Assembly (NCBI GenBank): GCA_902597895.1
Contig: CACJZM010000001.1
Span: forward strand, 191,837 to 255,836
Source of the DNA: an uncultured Pelagibacteraceae bacterium
GTDB taxonomy: Bacteria; Pseudomonadota; Alphaproteobacteria; Pelagibacterales; Pelagibacteraceae
DNA length: 64,000 nucleotides
Direction: 5' to 3'
A program made the translations under genes and the position numbers. Shown here one piece after another: positions 49,294-58,503 of the stretch (position 1 is the stretch's first letter; each line of letters starts with the position of its first letter). The notes under the pieces are model-generated. The model did no database searches. It was not told the origin of the DNA and saw only the letters and a list, made by a program, of their open reading frames with translations.

Positions 49294-49816
49294 ACAAATT
49301 AAATTTATTTTAATATTTTCTTCACTATTGTTTATTTTTATTATATTTTTTTTTGGATTAAATAAGTCAAATATTTATACTCCAAATAAAGTCACCAATA
49401 TTGAGATACCTAATTTTGAAAGTAGAGAATTATTTTCTAATCAAAAAATTAACGCTTATGAATTAATTCAGAATTCAGATTACTCTTTAATTAATATTTG
49501 GGCATCCTGGTGCTTACCTTGCAGAGATGAACACCCAATTTTAATTAATCTGCAGGATAAAAAGAAATTAAATTTAATTGGGATTAATTATAAAGATAAA
49601 AAGAAAAATTCTATTAAATTTTTAAATGAGCTTGGTAATCCATATGATACAATTATAATTGATAAAAATGGTTTGATATCAGTTTCTCTTGGAGCTTACG
49701 GAGTACCGGAGACATATTTAGTAAATAGAAATTATAAAATATTAAAAAGATATGTTGGTCCTTTAAATCAAGAAAATGTTATTGAATTATTTGAAATAAT
49801 AAATGAAAATCTTTAA
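49286..49816 (+). CDS. ccmG: Thiol:disulfide interchange protein CcmG/DsbE
   Basis: NIWASWCLPCRDEHP, YGVPETY. Confidence 0.95.
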   Translation: MNKQIKFILIFSSLLFIFIIFFFGLNKSNIYTPNKVTNIEIPNFESRELFSNQKINAYELIQNSDYSLINIWASWCLPCRDEHPILINLQDKKKLNLIGINYKDKKKNSIKFLNELGNPYDTIIIDKNGLISVSLGAYGVPETYLVNRNYKILKRYVGPLNQENVIELFEIINENL

Positions 49817-50180
49817 AATATTTTTTTTTATATTTTGTTTTTTTTATATTTTTAATATCACCTCACATGTCCAAGCCAATCAGGATGTTGATAAGATATC
49901 TAAAAATTTAAGATGTTTGATATGCCAAGGACAATCTGTTTATGACTCACAATCTGATTTTGCATTAACAATTAAAATGTTAATAAAAAATAAACTTCAA
50001 GAAGGAGAGTCTGAAGATGAGATTTATGATTATCTTAAGACACTTTATGGTGAGTGGATTGTTTACGACCCAGAGTTTAATAAAAAGAATTTACTGTTAT
50101 GGGTATTTCCATTGATTTTGTTTATATTTGGAGGTCTATTAATTTACAAAAAAGTGTTTATTAATGAGCATAGAAAATAA
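49803..50180 (+). CDS. ccmH: Cytochrome c-type biogenesis protein CcmH (CycL)
   Basis: LRCLICQGQSV.DS, YGEWI. Confidence 0.95.
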   Translation: MKIFKIFFFIFCFFYIFNITSHVQANQDVDKISKNLRCLICQGQSVYDSQSDFALTIKMLIKNKLQEGESEDEIYDYLKTLYGEWIVYDPEFNKKNLLLWVFPLILFIFGGLLIYKKVFINEHRK

Positions 50181-50189
50181 AGAATTTAT

Positions 50190-50699
50190 ATGACAAAAAA
50201 ATTAAAAATTACTATTTATTTTATTTTTTCTTTTCTTTTAATAAGTCCATCAACATCAGATGAGAATTTAAATGATAATGAAATTAACTTTTATTCTGGT
50301 ATGTTTGACTTTAGTGATGATGGTCAAAGAGCTTTATTGTTCGGTTTGCAACATCAAAATGAAAATTTGATTAGAGAAAGTGCACTGGGGGAAATTTCAC
50401 CAGTCACTGGTTTTTTCTTAACCGAAAATCAGGCAGCTTATTTATATACAGGGATTCAAGCACATTATAATTTAGGCGATTTAGATTTTACACCTTCTTT
50501 TACGCCAGGATTATATCATGAAGGAGATGGAAAAGATTTGGGACATGTCATTGAATTTAAGACTGAAGTTCAATTTTCAATTAATACTTCAGCAGATACT
50601 AAATTAGGATTTTCTTATAACCATGTATCTAATGCTAGTTTAGGTAGTAAAAATCCTGGGGCTAATAGTTACATTTTCAATTTTTTCAAAAAATTCTAA
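50190..50699 (+). CDS. PagL-like outer-membrane acyloxyacyl hydrolase (lipid A 3-O-deacylase family)
   Basis: Signal peptide, beta-strand pattern, GKDLG..IEF, HVSNA..G..NPG, C-terminal Phe. Confidence 0.82.
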   Translation: MTKKLKITIYFIFSFLLISPSTSDENLNDNEINFYSGMFDFSDDGQRALLFGLQHQNENLIRESALGEISPVTGFFLTENQAAYLYTGIQAHYNLGDLDFTPSFTPGLYHEGDGKDLGHVIEFKTEVQFSINTSADTKLGFSYNHVSNASLGSKNPGANSYIFNFFKKF

Positions 50700-50707
50700 A
50701 CTTAGAT

Positions 50708-51856
50708 ATGAGATTAAAAGATTGTCATAATTTTAGTGATTTTAGAAAACTAGCAAAACAAAAATTGCCCTCACCAATATTTCATTATATTGATGGTGCC
50801 GCAGATGATGAAATTACTTATGCAAGAAATACTAGTGCCTTCGATGATGTTGATTTAGTTCCAAATGTTTTAAGAGGAGTTGAGAGTGTCGATTTATCAA
50901 CAACAATATTTGGAAAAAAATTAGATTTACCTTTTTATCTTTCGCCAACTGCGCTTCAAAGATTATTTCATTACGATGGTGAAAGAGCTGTAGGTAAGGC
51001 TGCACAAAAATATAATACCATGTTTGGTGTATCAGCTCTAGCAACAGTAAGTGTAGAGGAAATATCTTCTATGATTGACACTCCTAAAATGTTTCAGTTT
51101 TATTTTCATAAAGATAGAGGTTTAAATGACTCTTGTCTTGAGAGAGCAAAAGCAGCAAAATTTGATGTAATGGCTTTAACAGTTGATACCATAACAGGTG
51201 GAAATAGAGAAAGAGATTTAAGAACTGGTTTTACATCTCCTCCTAAACTAACATTATCAAGTTTATTTAGTTTTGCCACAAAACCAATGTGGGGAATTAA
51301 TTATTTAACAAAAGGTAAGTTTGAATTACCTCATCTTCAAGATTTTGTTAAAGAAGGTACAAGTACTAATTCTTCCATTGGAAACTATTTTTCTACAATG
51401 TTAGACCAATCTATGAATTGGAAAGATGCTGAAAATCTTTGCTCTAAATGGGGTGGTCATTTTGCATTGAAGGGAGTAATGAGTGTAGATGATGCTAAGA
51501 GAGCAGTTGATATTGGATGCACAGGTATAATGGTTTCAAATCATGGTGGAAGACAATTAGATGGTTCAAGATCTCCTTTTGATCAACTAGCTGAAATTGT
51601 TGATGCAGTTGGCGATAAGCTAGATGTAATTTGTGAAGGTGGAATTCATCGAGGAACTCACATGCTCAAAGCATTATCATTAGGTGCGAAAGCATGCTCA
51701 GGGGGCAGGCTATATCTTTATGCTCTAGCAGCTGGAGGACAAGCTGGTGTTGAAAGAGCTTTAGAAAAGTATAAGTCTGAACTAGTTAGAGATATGAAGT
51801 TAATGGGATGTAAAACTATATCTGATTTAAATAGAAATAATTTAAGATTTAGATAA
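50708..51856 (+). CDS. FMN-dependent alpha-hydroxy-acid oxidase/dehydrogenase (LldD/glycolate oxidase family), paralog 1
   Basis: YIDG, LTVD, GNRERD, LKG, SNHGGRQLD, GGIHRG. Confidence 0.95.
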   Translation: MRLKDCHNFSDFRKLAKQKLPSPIFHYIDGAADDEITYARNTSAFDDVDLVPNVLRGVESVDLSTTIFGKKLDLPFYLSPTALQRLFHYDGERAVGKAAQKYNTMFGVSALATVSVEEISSMIDTPKMFQFYFHKDRGLNDSCLERAKAAKFDVMALTVDTITGGNRERDLRTGFTSPPKLTLSSLFSFATKPMWGINYLTKGKFELPHLQDFVKEGTSTNSSIGNYFSTMLDQSMNWKDAENLCSKWGGHFALKGVMSVDDAKRAVDIGCTGIMVSNHGGRQLDGSRSPFDQLAEIVDAVGDKLDVICEGGIHRGTHMLKALSLGAKACSGGRLYLYALAAGGQAGVERALEKYKSELVRDMKLMGCKTISDLNRNNLRFR

Positions 51857-51870
51857 ATTTTGCTTTTTAT

Positions 51871-53022
51871 ATGAACTTAAAAGACTGCCATAATTTTAGT
51901 GATTTTAGAAAACTAGCAAAAAAAAAATTACCCTCACCAATATTTCATTATATTGATGGTGGTGCAGATGATGAATCTACTTTAAGAAGAAATACAGCCT
52001 CTTTTGATGATTGTGACTTAGTCCCAAATGTCCTTGCAAGTGTTGGTAAACCAAACCTATCTACAACTTTATTTGGAAAAAAAATTGATATGCCAATTTT
52101 TCTTTCCCCTGCAGCTATGCAAAGACTTTACCATCCTGACGGAGATAAAGCTTCAGCAAGAGCAGCTGAAAAGTTTGGAACTTTTTATAGTATGTCTTCA
52201 ATGGGAAATAATACTATTGAAGAAGTATCTAATATTTCAAGCGGACCAAAATTATTTCAATTATATGTTCATAAAGACCGATCAATTTCGGATGATCTAA
52301 TTGAAAGATCAAGAAGATCTGGCTTCGATGCCATGTGTTTAACAGTAGATACTTTGGTTGCTGGAAATAGAGAGAAAGATCATAGAACAGGATTTACTAC
52401 TCCACCAAAGCTAACATTACAAAGCCTTATAAGTTTTGCAATGAGACCTGGATGGGTGTTTAACTATCTAACTGGAAAAAAATTTGAATTATCAAATGTT
52501 AAAAAAAAAACAGATAAGGGTACAAATATATCCAAGTCAGTTATCGAATATATTAATGAACAATATGACCCTGCTATGGGATGGAAGGATGCTGAGTATT
52601 GCGTAAAAAAGTGGAATGGGCCCTTTGCGCTTAAAGGAGTTATGTCTATCGAAGATGCAAAAAGAGCCATTGATATTGGCTGCACTGCTATTATGGTTTC
52701 AAATCATGGTGGAAGGCAACTTGATGGATCAAGATCTCCTTTCGATCAGATAAAAGCAATTTCCGATGCAGTCGGAGATAAATTAGAAATTATATTGGAT
52801 GGAGGAGTAAGAAGAGGAAGTCATGTCATAAAAGCTATTGCTGCAGGTGCAAAGGCTTGTAGTTTTGGTAAAATGTTCCTGTTTTCTTTAGCCGCAGGTG
52901 GTCAACAAGGAGTTGAACGTCTATTGCAAAATATGCATGATGAAATCCAAAGAAATATGGTATTGATGGGATGTAAAAATTTAAAAGAATTAAATAGTAC
53001 AAAATTAATTTACAGAAAATAA
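51871..53022 (+). CDS. FMN-dependent alpha-hydroxy-acid oxidase/dehydrogenase, paralog 2
   Basis: YIDGG, FQLY, LTVD, GNREKD, SNHGGRQLD, DGGVRRG. Confidence 0.95.
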   Translation: MNLKDCHNFSDFRKLAKKKLPSPIFHYIDGGADDESTLRRNTASFDDCDLVPNVLASVGKPNLSTTLFGKKIDMPIFLSPAAMQRLYHPDGDKASARAAEKFGTFYSMSSMGNNTIEEVSNISSGPKLFQLYVHKDRSISDDLIERSRRSGFDAMCLTVDTLVAGNREKDHRTGFTTPPKLTLQSLISFAMRPGWVFNYLTGKKFELSNVKKKTDKGTNISKSVIEYINEQYDPAMGWKDAEYCVKKWNGPFALKGVMSIEDAKRAIDIGCTAIMVSNHGGRQLDGSRSPFDQIKAISDAVGDKLEIILDGGVRRGSHVIKAIAAGAKACSFGKMFLFSLAAGGQQGVERLLQNMHDEIQRNMVLMGCKNLKELNSTKLIYRK

Positions 53023-53034
53023 ATTGGAGAAAAA

Positions 53035-54198
53035 ATGAAATTAGCACAAAGTTTAAATAGACTTGGAACAGAAACAGCTTTTAGTGTTCTTGCCGAAGCT
53101 AAAAAGTTGGAGGCTCAAGGTAAACCAATGATACATTTAGGGTTAGGGCAACCAGATTTTAAAACACCAAAGCATGTAGTTGAAGCAGCAAAAAAAGCAT
53201 TAGATGATGGACACCATGGATATGTAATGTCAAATGGAATTCCAGAATGTAGACAAGCTGTAACAAGGTGGATAAAAAAACGTTATAATGCTGATGTAGG
53301 TTTTGAGAGAATATTAATTATGCCTGGCGGAAAGCCAACTATGAGTTATGCTATTCAATGTTTTGGTGAGCCTGGGGCAGAAATAATTCATCCAACACCA
53401 GCTTTTCCAATTTATGAGTCAATGATCAATTACACAGGTTCAACTGCTGTACCATATGACTTAACTGAAGATAAAGATCTAAAATTTAGTGCAGATAAAA
53501 TTCTTCCATTGATAACAGATAAAACTAGATTATTAATTTTGATAAATCCAAATAATCCTACAGGAAGTTTTGTTGATAAACCTGAAATTGATAAGTTGGC
53601 AGAGGGCCTAAAAAAATATCCTCATGTGACGATATTAAGCGATGAAATTTATAGTAGACAAATTTTTGATGGAAAAGAGATGCCATCGTTTTTTCATTAT
53701 CCAGAATTAAGGGATAGATTAATTGTACTTGAAGGTTGGAGTAAGGCTTACTCAATGACAGGATGGAGATTAGGATGGAGTTTTTGGCCAGAAAACTTAG
53801 TTGAGCACGTTAATAAATTATTAATCAATAGTGTTTCATGCGTTAATGCTGCGGCACAATTTGCAGGTATAGCTGCTTTAGATGGTCCAGACGACTCTAT
53901 TCATGAAATGATGGAAAAATTTACAGCAAGAAGAAAACTCATCCACGAGGGATTAAATAGTTTGCCCGGTGTAGAATGCAGTTTGCCCGGAGGTGCCTTT
54001 TATGCATTCCCTAAAGTAATTGGGACAGGAATGAGTGGTTCTGAATTTTGCAAAAAAGCTATGCATGAGGCAGGTGTTGCAATAGTTCCAGGGACAGCTT
54101 TTGGAAAGAGTTGTAAAGATTATGTAAGATTTAGTTTTGCAGCGTCTAGAGATAACATTTCACAAGCACTTGAAAATATAAAAAAAATGCTTGGTTAA
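53035..54198 (+). CDS. PLP-dependent aminotransferase class I/II (aspartate aminotransferase-like)
   Basis: GQPDF.TP, NPNNPTG, SDEIY, GWSKAYSMTGWRLG, GAFY, RFSFA. Confidence 0.93.
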   Translation: MKLAQSLNRLGTETAFSVLAEAKKLEAQGKPMIHLGLGQPDFKTPKHVVEAAKKALDDGHHGYVMSNGIPECRQAVTRWIKKRYNADVGFERILIMPGGKPTMSYAIQCFGEPGAEIIHPTPAFPIYESMINYTGSTAVPYDLTEDKDLKFSADKILPLITDKTRLLILINPNNPTGSFVDKPEIDKLAEGLKKYPHVTILSDEIYSRQIFDGKEMPSFFHYPELRDRLIVLEGWSKAYSMTGWRLGWSFWPENLVEHVNKLLINSVSCVNAAAQFAGIAALDGPDDSIHEMMEKFTARRKLIHEGLNSLPGVECSLPGGAFYAFPKVIGTGMSGSEFCKKAMHEAGVAIVPGTAFGKSCKDYVRFSFAASRDNISQALENIKKMLG

Positions 54199-54234
54199 GT
54201 TTATTTTTTAAATAAGCCTGATATAATAAATCAT

Positions 54235-55611
54235 ATGTTTAATGCTACTTATCAATCAGAGCTTAAAGAATTTTTAAAAGATAGAATATCATTATCTGAG
54301 TCTACAAGAGCAAATTATGCCCGAGGCGAAGATACATACGACCCAATTTTGTCACAAGCTGTAGCGTTTCCAGAAAGCAATGAAGAAGTATCTAAAATTT
54401 TAAAGATATGTAATAAATATAAAATTCCTGTAGTTCCTTTTGGAACAGGAACATCTCTTGAAGGAAATGTAGTCGGTAATGAAAACGGTATAACTATATC
54501 TTTAGAAAAAATGAATAAAATTTTGAGTGTAAATGCTGAAGATTTTGACTGCAGGGTTCAAGCATGTGTAACAAAAGAACAGTTAAATGAATATTTAAGG
54601 GAAGATGGAGTTTTCTTTCCAATTGACCCTGGTGCAAATGCTGCAATTGGTGGCATGGCCTCAACTTCAGCCTCAGGAACAATGGCGGTGAAATATGGAA
54701 CAATGAAAACAGCAATAACAGGTCTTACAGTAGTTTTACCTAATGGTGATATTATAAGAACAGGAAGCAGAACTAAAAAAACTTCTGCTGGTTATAATTT
54801 AACAAATCTATTTATTGGATCAGAAGGTACATTGGGTATAATAACTGAAGTCCACTTAAGATTGTCTCCCATACCAGAAAGTATAATGAGTGCTGTATGT
54901 CATTTCCCAACGCTAGAAAATGCAGTTCAAACTGCGCAACAAGTTATTCAATACGGTGTTCCCATTGCAAGAATTGAGATGCTTAATAAAGATCAAATGG
55001 GGATTAGTATAAATTATTCAAAATTAAAAGATATTGAAGCGGTACCGACATTATTTTTTGAATTTCATGGATCAGAGTTATCTAACAATGAGAATATTAA
55101 AATTGTAGAAGAATTATCAAAAGAAAATAAAGGTAGTTCATTTAAATGGGCAAAAGATTTGGAGGATAGAAATAAACTTTGGAAAGCAAGATGGGATGTA
55201 TACTATTCTGTTAAAGCTTTAATTGATAATGGAAGAGTTTATTCAACTGACGTTTGCGTACCTATATCAAATATAACAGAGTGTGTAAATTTTGCTGAAG
55301 AACAAGCAGAAAAGTTTGGAATTAGAGCTCCGATGGTAGGTCATTTAGGTGATGGAAATTTTCATGTAGTTTTACCTTTTGATCCAGCAAAAAAAGAAAT
55401 GTATAAAAAAATAAGAGAATTTAATACTTTGTTAATTAAAAAAGCATTAGAATTAAATGGAACAATTACTGGAGAACATGGTGTAGGACTACACAAAAAA
55501 GAATACCTTCTAGAGGAACATCCGGACAATATTCCACTTATGAAATCAATTAAAAGAACGATAGATCCAAATAACATAATGAATCCTGGTAAGATTTTTG
55601 ATTTAAATTAA
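54235..55611 (+). CDS. FAD-linked D-2-hydroxy-acid dehydrogenase (D-lactate dehydrogenase/GlcD family)
   Basis: PFGTGTSLEG, FPIDPG, GSEGTLG, GHLGDGNFH, TGEHGVG, MNPGK. Confidence 0.93.
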   Translation: MFNATYQSELKEFLKDRISLSESTRANYARGEDTYDPILSQAVAFPESNEEVSKILKICNKYKIPVVPFGTGTSLEGNVVGNENGITISLEKMNKILSVNAEDFDCRVQACVTKEQLNEYLREDGVFFPIDPGANAAIGGMASTSASGTMAVKYGTMKTAITGLTVVLPNGDIIRTGSRTKKTSAGYNLTNLFIGSEGTLGIITEVHLRLSPIPESIMSAVCHFPTLENAVQTAQQVIQYGVPIARIEMLNKDQMGISINYSKLKDIEAVPTLFFEFHGSELSNNENIKIVEELSKENKGSSFKWAKDLEDRNKLWKARWDVYYSVKALIDNGRVYSTDVCVPISNITECVNFAEEQAEKFGIRAPMVGHLGDGNFHVVLPFDPAKKEMYKKIREFNTLLIKKALELNGTITGEHGVGLHKKEYLLEEHPDNIPLMKSIKRTIDPNNIMNPGKIFDLN

Positions 55612-55619
55612 TAATTAAT

Positions 55620-56573
55620 ATGAAAAAAATTTTAGTTACAAGAAAACTACTTAAAGAATGCGAAGAAAAAGCTTTAAAAATGTTTGATGCAAATTTAAAT
55701 AGTAACGATGAATTATATTCACAAAATAATGTAATCAAAATGAGTCAAGGTTGTGATGGTATACTAAGTTCATTAACAGACAAAATGGACGCTGAAACAA
55801 TAAATAAATTACCCGAAAGTATAAAGATTATTTCAAACTTTGCAGTAGGTTTTGGTAACATTGATTTAGAAGCTGCAAAGAAAAGAGGAATAGCAGTTAC
55901 AAATACACCTGATGTGTTAACTGATGCAACAGCAGAAATTGGGATATTATTGATTTTAGGGGCATGCAGAAGAGTTCCTGAAGGTATTCAAGGTGCAAAA
56001 GACTGTAATTGGAAATGGTCAGCAGACTATTTAATTGGCAAGCAACTGACTGGAGCAAGATTAGGAATTTTAGGAATGGGAAGAATTGGACAAAAAATTG
56101 CTCGTATAGCAAAATCACTAGGTATGATTGTACATTATCATAACAGATCAAAACTTAGTCCGGATAAGGATAATGGTGCAACTTATCATGATACTCTAAA
56201 AAGTTTAATGTCAGTATCTGATGTATTATCAGTTTGCTGCCCCGCATCAAACGAAACTATAAATTTAATAAATAAAGAAACTTTAGAATATCTACCAAAA
56301 GGAGCTGTCGTAACCAATGTAGCTAGAGGTGACATTGTAGATGACGAAGCTCTAATCGATGCGCTTGAAAGAAGAAAAGTATATGCTGTTGGTCTAGATG
56401 TTTATAAAGGGGAACCAAATTTAAATCCGGGATATCTAAAATATAAACAAGCTTTCATACTTCCCCATCTAGGAAGTGCGACTAAAGAGACTAGAACTGC
56501 AATGGCAAATTTAGCAATCGATAATATTGAAGAGTATTTTAAAACAGGAAACTGCAAAAACAAAGTTAATTAA
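55620..56573 (+). CDS. D-2-hydroxyacid dehydrogenase (glyoxylate/hydroxypyruvate reductase, GyaR-like)
   Basis: NTPDVLTDATAE, GMGRIG, NVARG, GLDVY..EP, PHLGSAT. Confidence 0.93.
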   Translation: MKKILVTRKLLKECEEKALKMFDANLNSNDELYSQNNVIKMSQGCDGILSSLTDKMDAETINKLPESIKIISNFAVGFGNIDLEAAKKRGIAVTNTPDVLTDATAEIGILLILGACRRVPEGIQGAKDCNWKWSADYLIGKQLTGARLGILGMGRIGQKIARIAKSLGMIVHYHNRSKLSPDKDNGATYHDTLKSLMSVSDVLSVCCPASNETINLINKETLEYLPKGAVVTNVARGDIVDDEALIDALERRKVYAVGLDVYKGEPNLNPGYLKYKQAFILPHLGSATKETRTAMANLAIDNIEEYFKTGNCKNKVN

Positions 56574-56683
56574 TAATATTACACAATCTCAGATTGAAAG
56601 TTCAAAATGGACTTTTTTAATGACTCTAATAATCATTTGTGCTTAAATTATGAAAGTTATAACTAAATAGAGAGGAAATAATA

Positions 56684-57838
56684 ATGATTAAAGATAAAAA
56701 TCTTAAGAAGGGAAAAACTCCTTCAAGACGTAAGTTCTTTAAAGCAGCGGCAGTAACAGGTGCGGCAGCAGCAACAGCTGTAGCTATGCCAAATGTTGCT
56801 TTTGGTGCTCCAGTCACATTAAAGATGCAGGCAGCTTGGCCATCAGGCGCTAATATCTTTTTTGAAATGGCAGGAGATTATGCAAAAATGGTTAGCGACA
56901 TGTCTGGCGGAACATTGAAAATTGATCTTCAGCCAGTGGGTGCAGTTGTTAAAACTTCTGAAATCGGAGCAGCGGTAAGTGATGGTAACTTAGATATGGG
57001 TCACTGGGTGACAGCATATTGGTATGGTAAAAATCCTGCAGCTTCACTTTTTGGAACTGGTCCTTCATATGGAATGTCATCTCAAGAAGTTATGGGATGG
57101 ATGGAATATGGTGGAGGAAGAGCATTATATGAAGAAGCAGTTGCTTCTGTTGGATTCGATTATATTGGATTCTTTCATATGCCTATGCCAGCACAACCAT
57201 TTGGTTGGTTTAAAAAGAACGTAACAAAAGTTTCTGATGTTAAAGGAATGAAATATAGAACTGTTGGTCTAGCGACTAACGTTTTAACTGCAATGGGAAT
57301 GGTAGTAAGACAATTACCAGGTGGAGAAATCCAACCAGCAATGAAAACTGGTTTGATTGACGCTGCAGAGTTCAATAACCCAACTTCAGACTCACAGTTT
57401 GGAATGCAAGATGTATCTAAACACTATCACCTTGGTAGTTTTCACCAATCTCAAGAAATGTTTGAGTTACCAGTGAACAAGAAAAGATACAATAGCCTTT
57501 CACCTGCTCATCAAGCTATCTTGAAAAATGCTGCATATGCTGCAAACTCTGATAACTACTTTAAAGCTTTAGTTAGATATTCATCTGACTTAGGTAAATT
57601 GATGAATGAGCATAAGGTTAATGTTTACCAAACATCTGATGCTATTTTAGCTGAACAGTTAAAAGGGTGGGATAAAATAGTGGCTGAATTTTCTGGAAAA
57701 GATCCTTTCTTTAAGAAAGTTATCGCATCTCAGAAAGCATATGCTAAGAGAACAATGAAGTATCTGTTGATGAATCAACCGAACTACAAATTAGCTTATG
57801 AAAATGAGTTTGGTCCAATTGCAAAAGTTAAAATTTAA
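56684..57838 (+). CDS. TRAP transporter substrate-binding protein with Tat signal (TakP-like keto/hydroxy-acid type)
   Basis: SRRKFFK Tat motif, QPFGWF, KYRTVG, IDAAEFNNP; SD AGAGG. Confidence 0.92.
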   Translation: MIKDKNLKKGKTPSRRKFFKAAAVTGAAAATAVAMPNVAFGAPVTLKMQAAWPSGANIFFEMAGDYAKMVSDMSGGTLKIDLQPVGAVVKTSEIGAAVSDGNLDMGHWVTAYWYGKNPAASLFGTGPSYGMSSQEVMGWMEYGGGRALYEEAVASVGFDYIGFFHMPMPAQPFGWFKKNVTKVSDVKGMKYRTVGLATNVLTAMGMVVRQLPGGEIQPAMKTGLIDAAEFNNPTSDSQFGMQDVSKHYHLGSFHQSQEMFELPVNKKRYNSLSPAHQAILKNAAYAANSDNYFKALVRYSSDLGKLMNEHKVNVYQTSDAILAEQLKGWDKIVAEFSGKDPFFKKVIASQKAYAKRTMKYLLMNQPNYKLAYENEFGPIAKVKI

Positions 57839-57859
57839 TTAGCTTTTAAAAATTAAAAT

Positions 57860-57889
57860 AAAGGGGGTTTAAAAACCCCCTTTTTTTTT
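57860..57889 (+). terminator. Intrinsic terminator after TRAP SBP gene
   Basis: GGGGGTT-taaa-AACCCCC followed by T9. Confidence 0.92.
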
Positions 57890-57915
57890 ACACGAATTTA
57901 ATATACTTTAAAATT

Positions 57916-58503
57916 ATGATGGCATCTTACATTAGATTTGCGGACACACTAAGTACTTCAATGGGAAAAGCTTTTTCTTGGTGCATTGTTGTTTTAATGG
58001 GAGGAACAGTCTATGAAGTAGTAATGGCTTATGCATTTAATAAGCCAACATTGTGGAATTTTGACTTTAGTATGCAAATGTACGGAGCTATATTAATGAT
58101 GTCAGGTGCGTATTGTTTAGCAACAGAAGCTCATGTTAGAGGTGATGTAATTTACAGATTATTTAGCCAAAAAACACAAGCATGGATAGATTTAGTGCTT
58201 TATTTTATTTTCTTTTTTCCAGGAGTTATTGCTTTAGCATTTTATGGATATGAATATGCTGCCCAGGCTTGGAAAATAAAAGAAACCAGTTGGAGTAGTC
58301 CTGCTCAAATTCAAATTTACATGGTAAAGTCAATGATACCTGCTGCAGGTGTCATGTTAATTATTCAAGGAGTAGGTGAAGTATTTAGATCTATTATTTG
58401 TATCAAATCTGGAAAATGGCCTTCGAGAATGGTAGTTGCAGAAGAAACAGATGAAATGTTAATGAGAACATCACAAGAGGAAGATAAAAAAAATGTTATT
58501 TAG
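57916..58503 (+). CDS. TRAP transporter small permease (DctQ)
   Basis: YEVVM.Y.FNKPTLW, HVRGD, four TM segments. Confidence 0.92.
   Translation: MMASYIRFADTLSTSMGKAFSWCIVVLMGGTVYEVVMAYAFNKPTLWNFDFSMQMYGAILMMSGAYCLATEAHVRGDVIYRLFSQKTQAWIDLVLYFIFFFPGVIALAFYGYEYAAQAWKIKETSWSSPAQIQIYMVKSMIPAAGVMLIIQGVGEVFRSIICIKSGKWPSRMVVAEETDEMLMRTSQEEDKKNVI

Noticed and set aside
56574-56683. Short palindromes upstream of the TRAP SBP (AATCTCAGATT, TTGAAAGTTCAA, AGTTATAACT) as operator or riboswitch
   Set aside because: Short and AT-rich, expected by chance; no recognisable riboswitch consensus such as glycine or SAM
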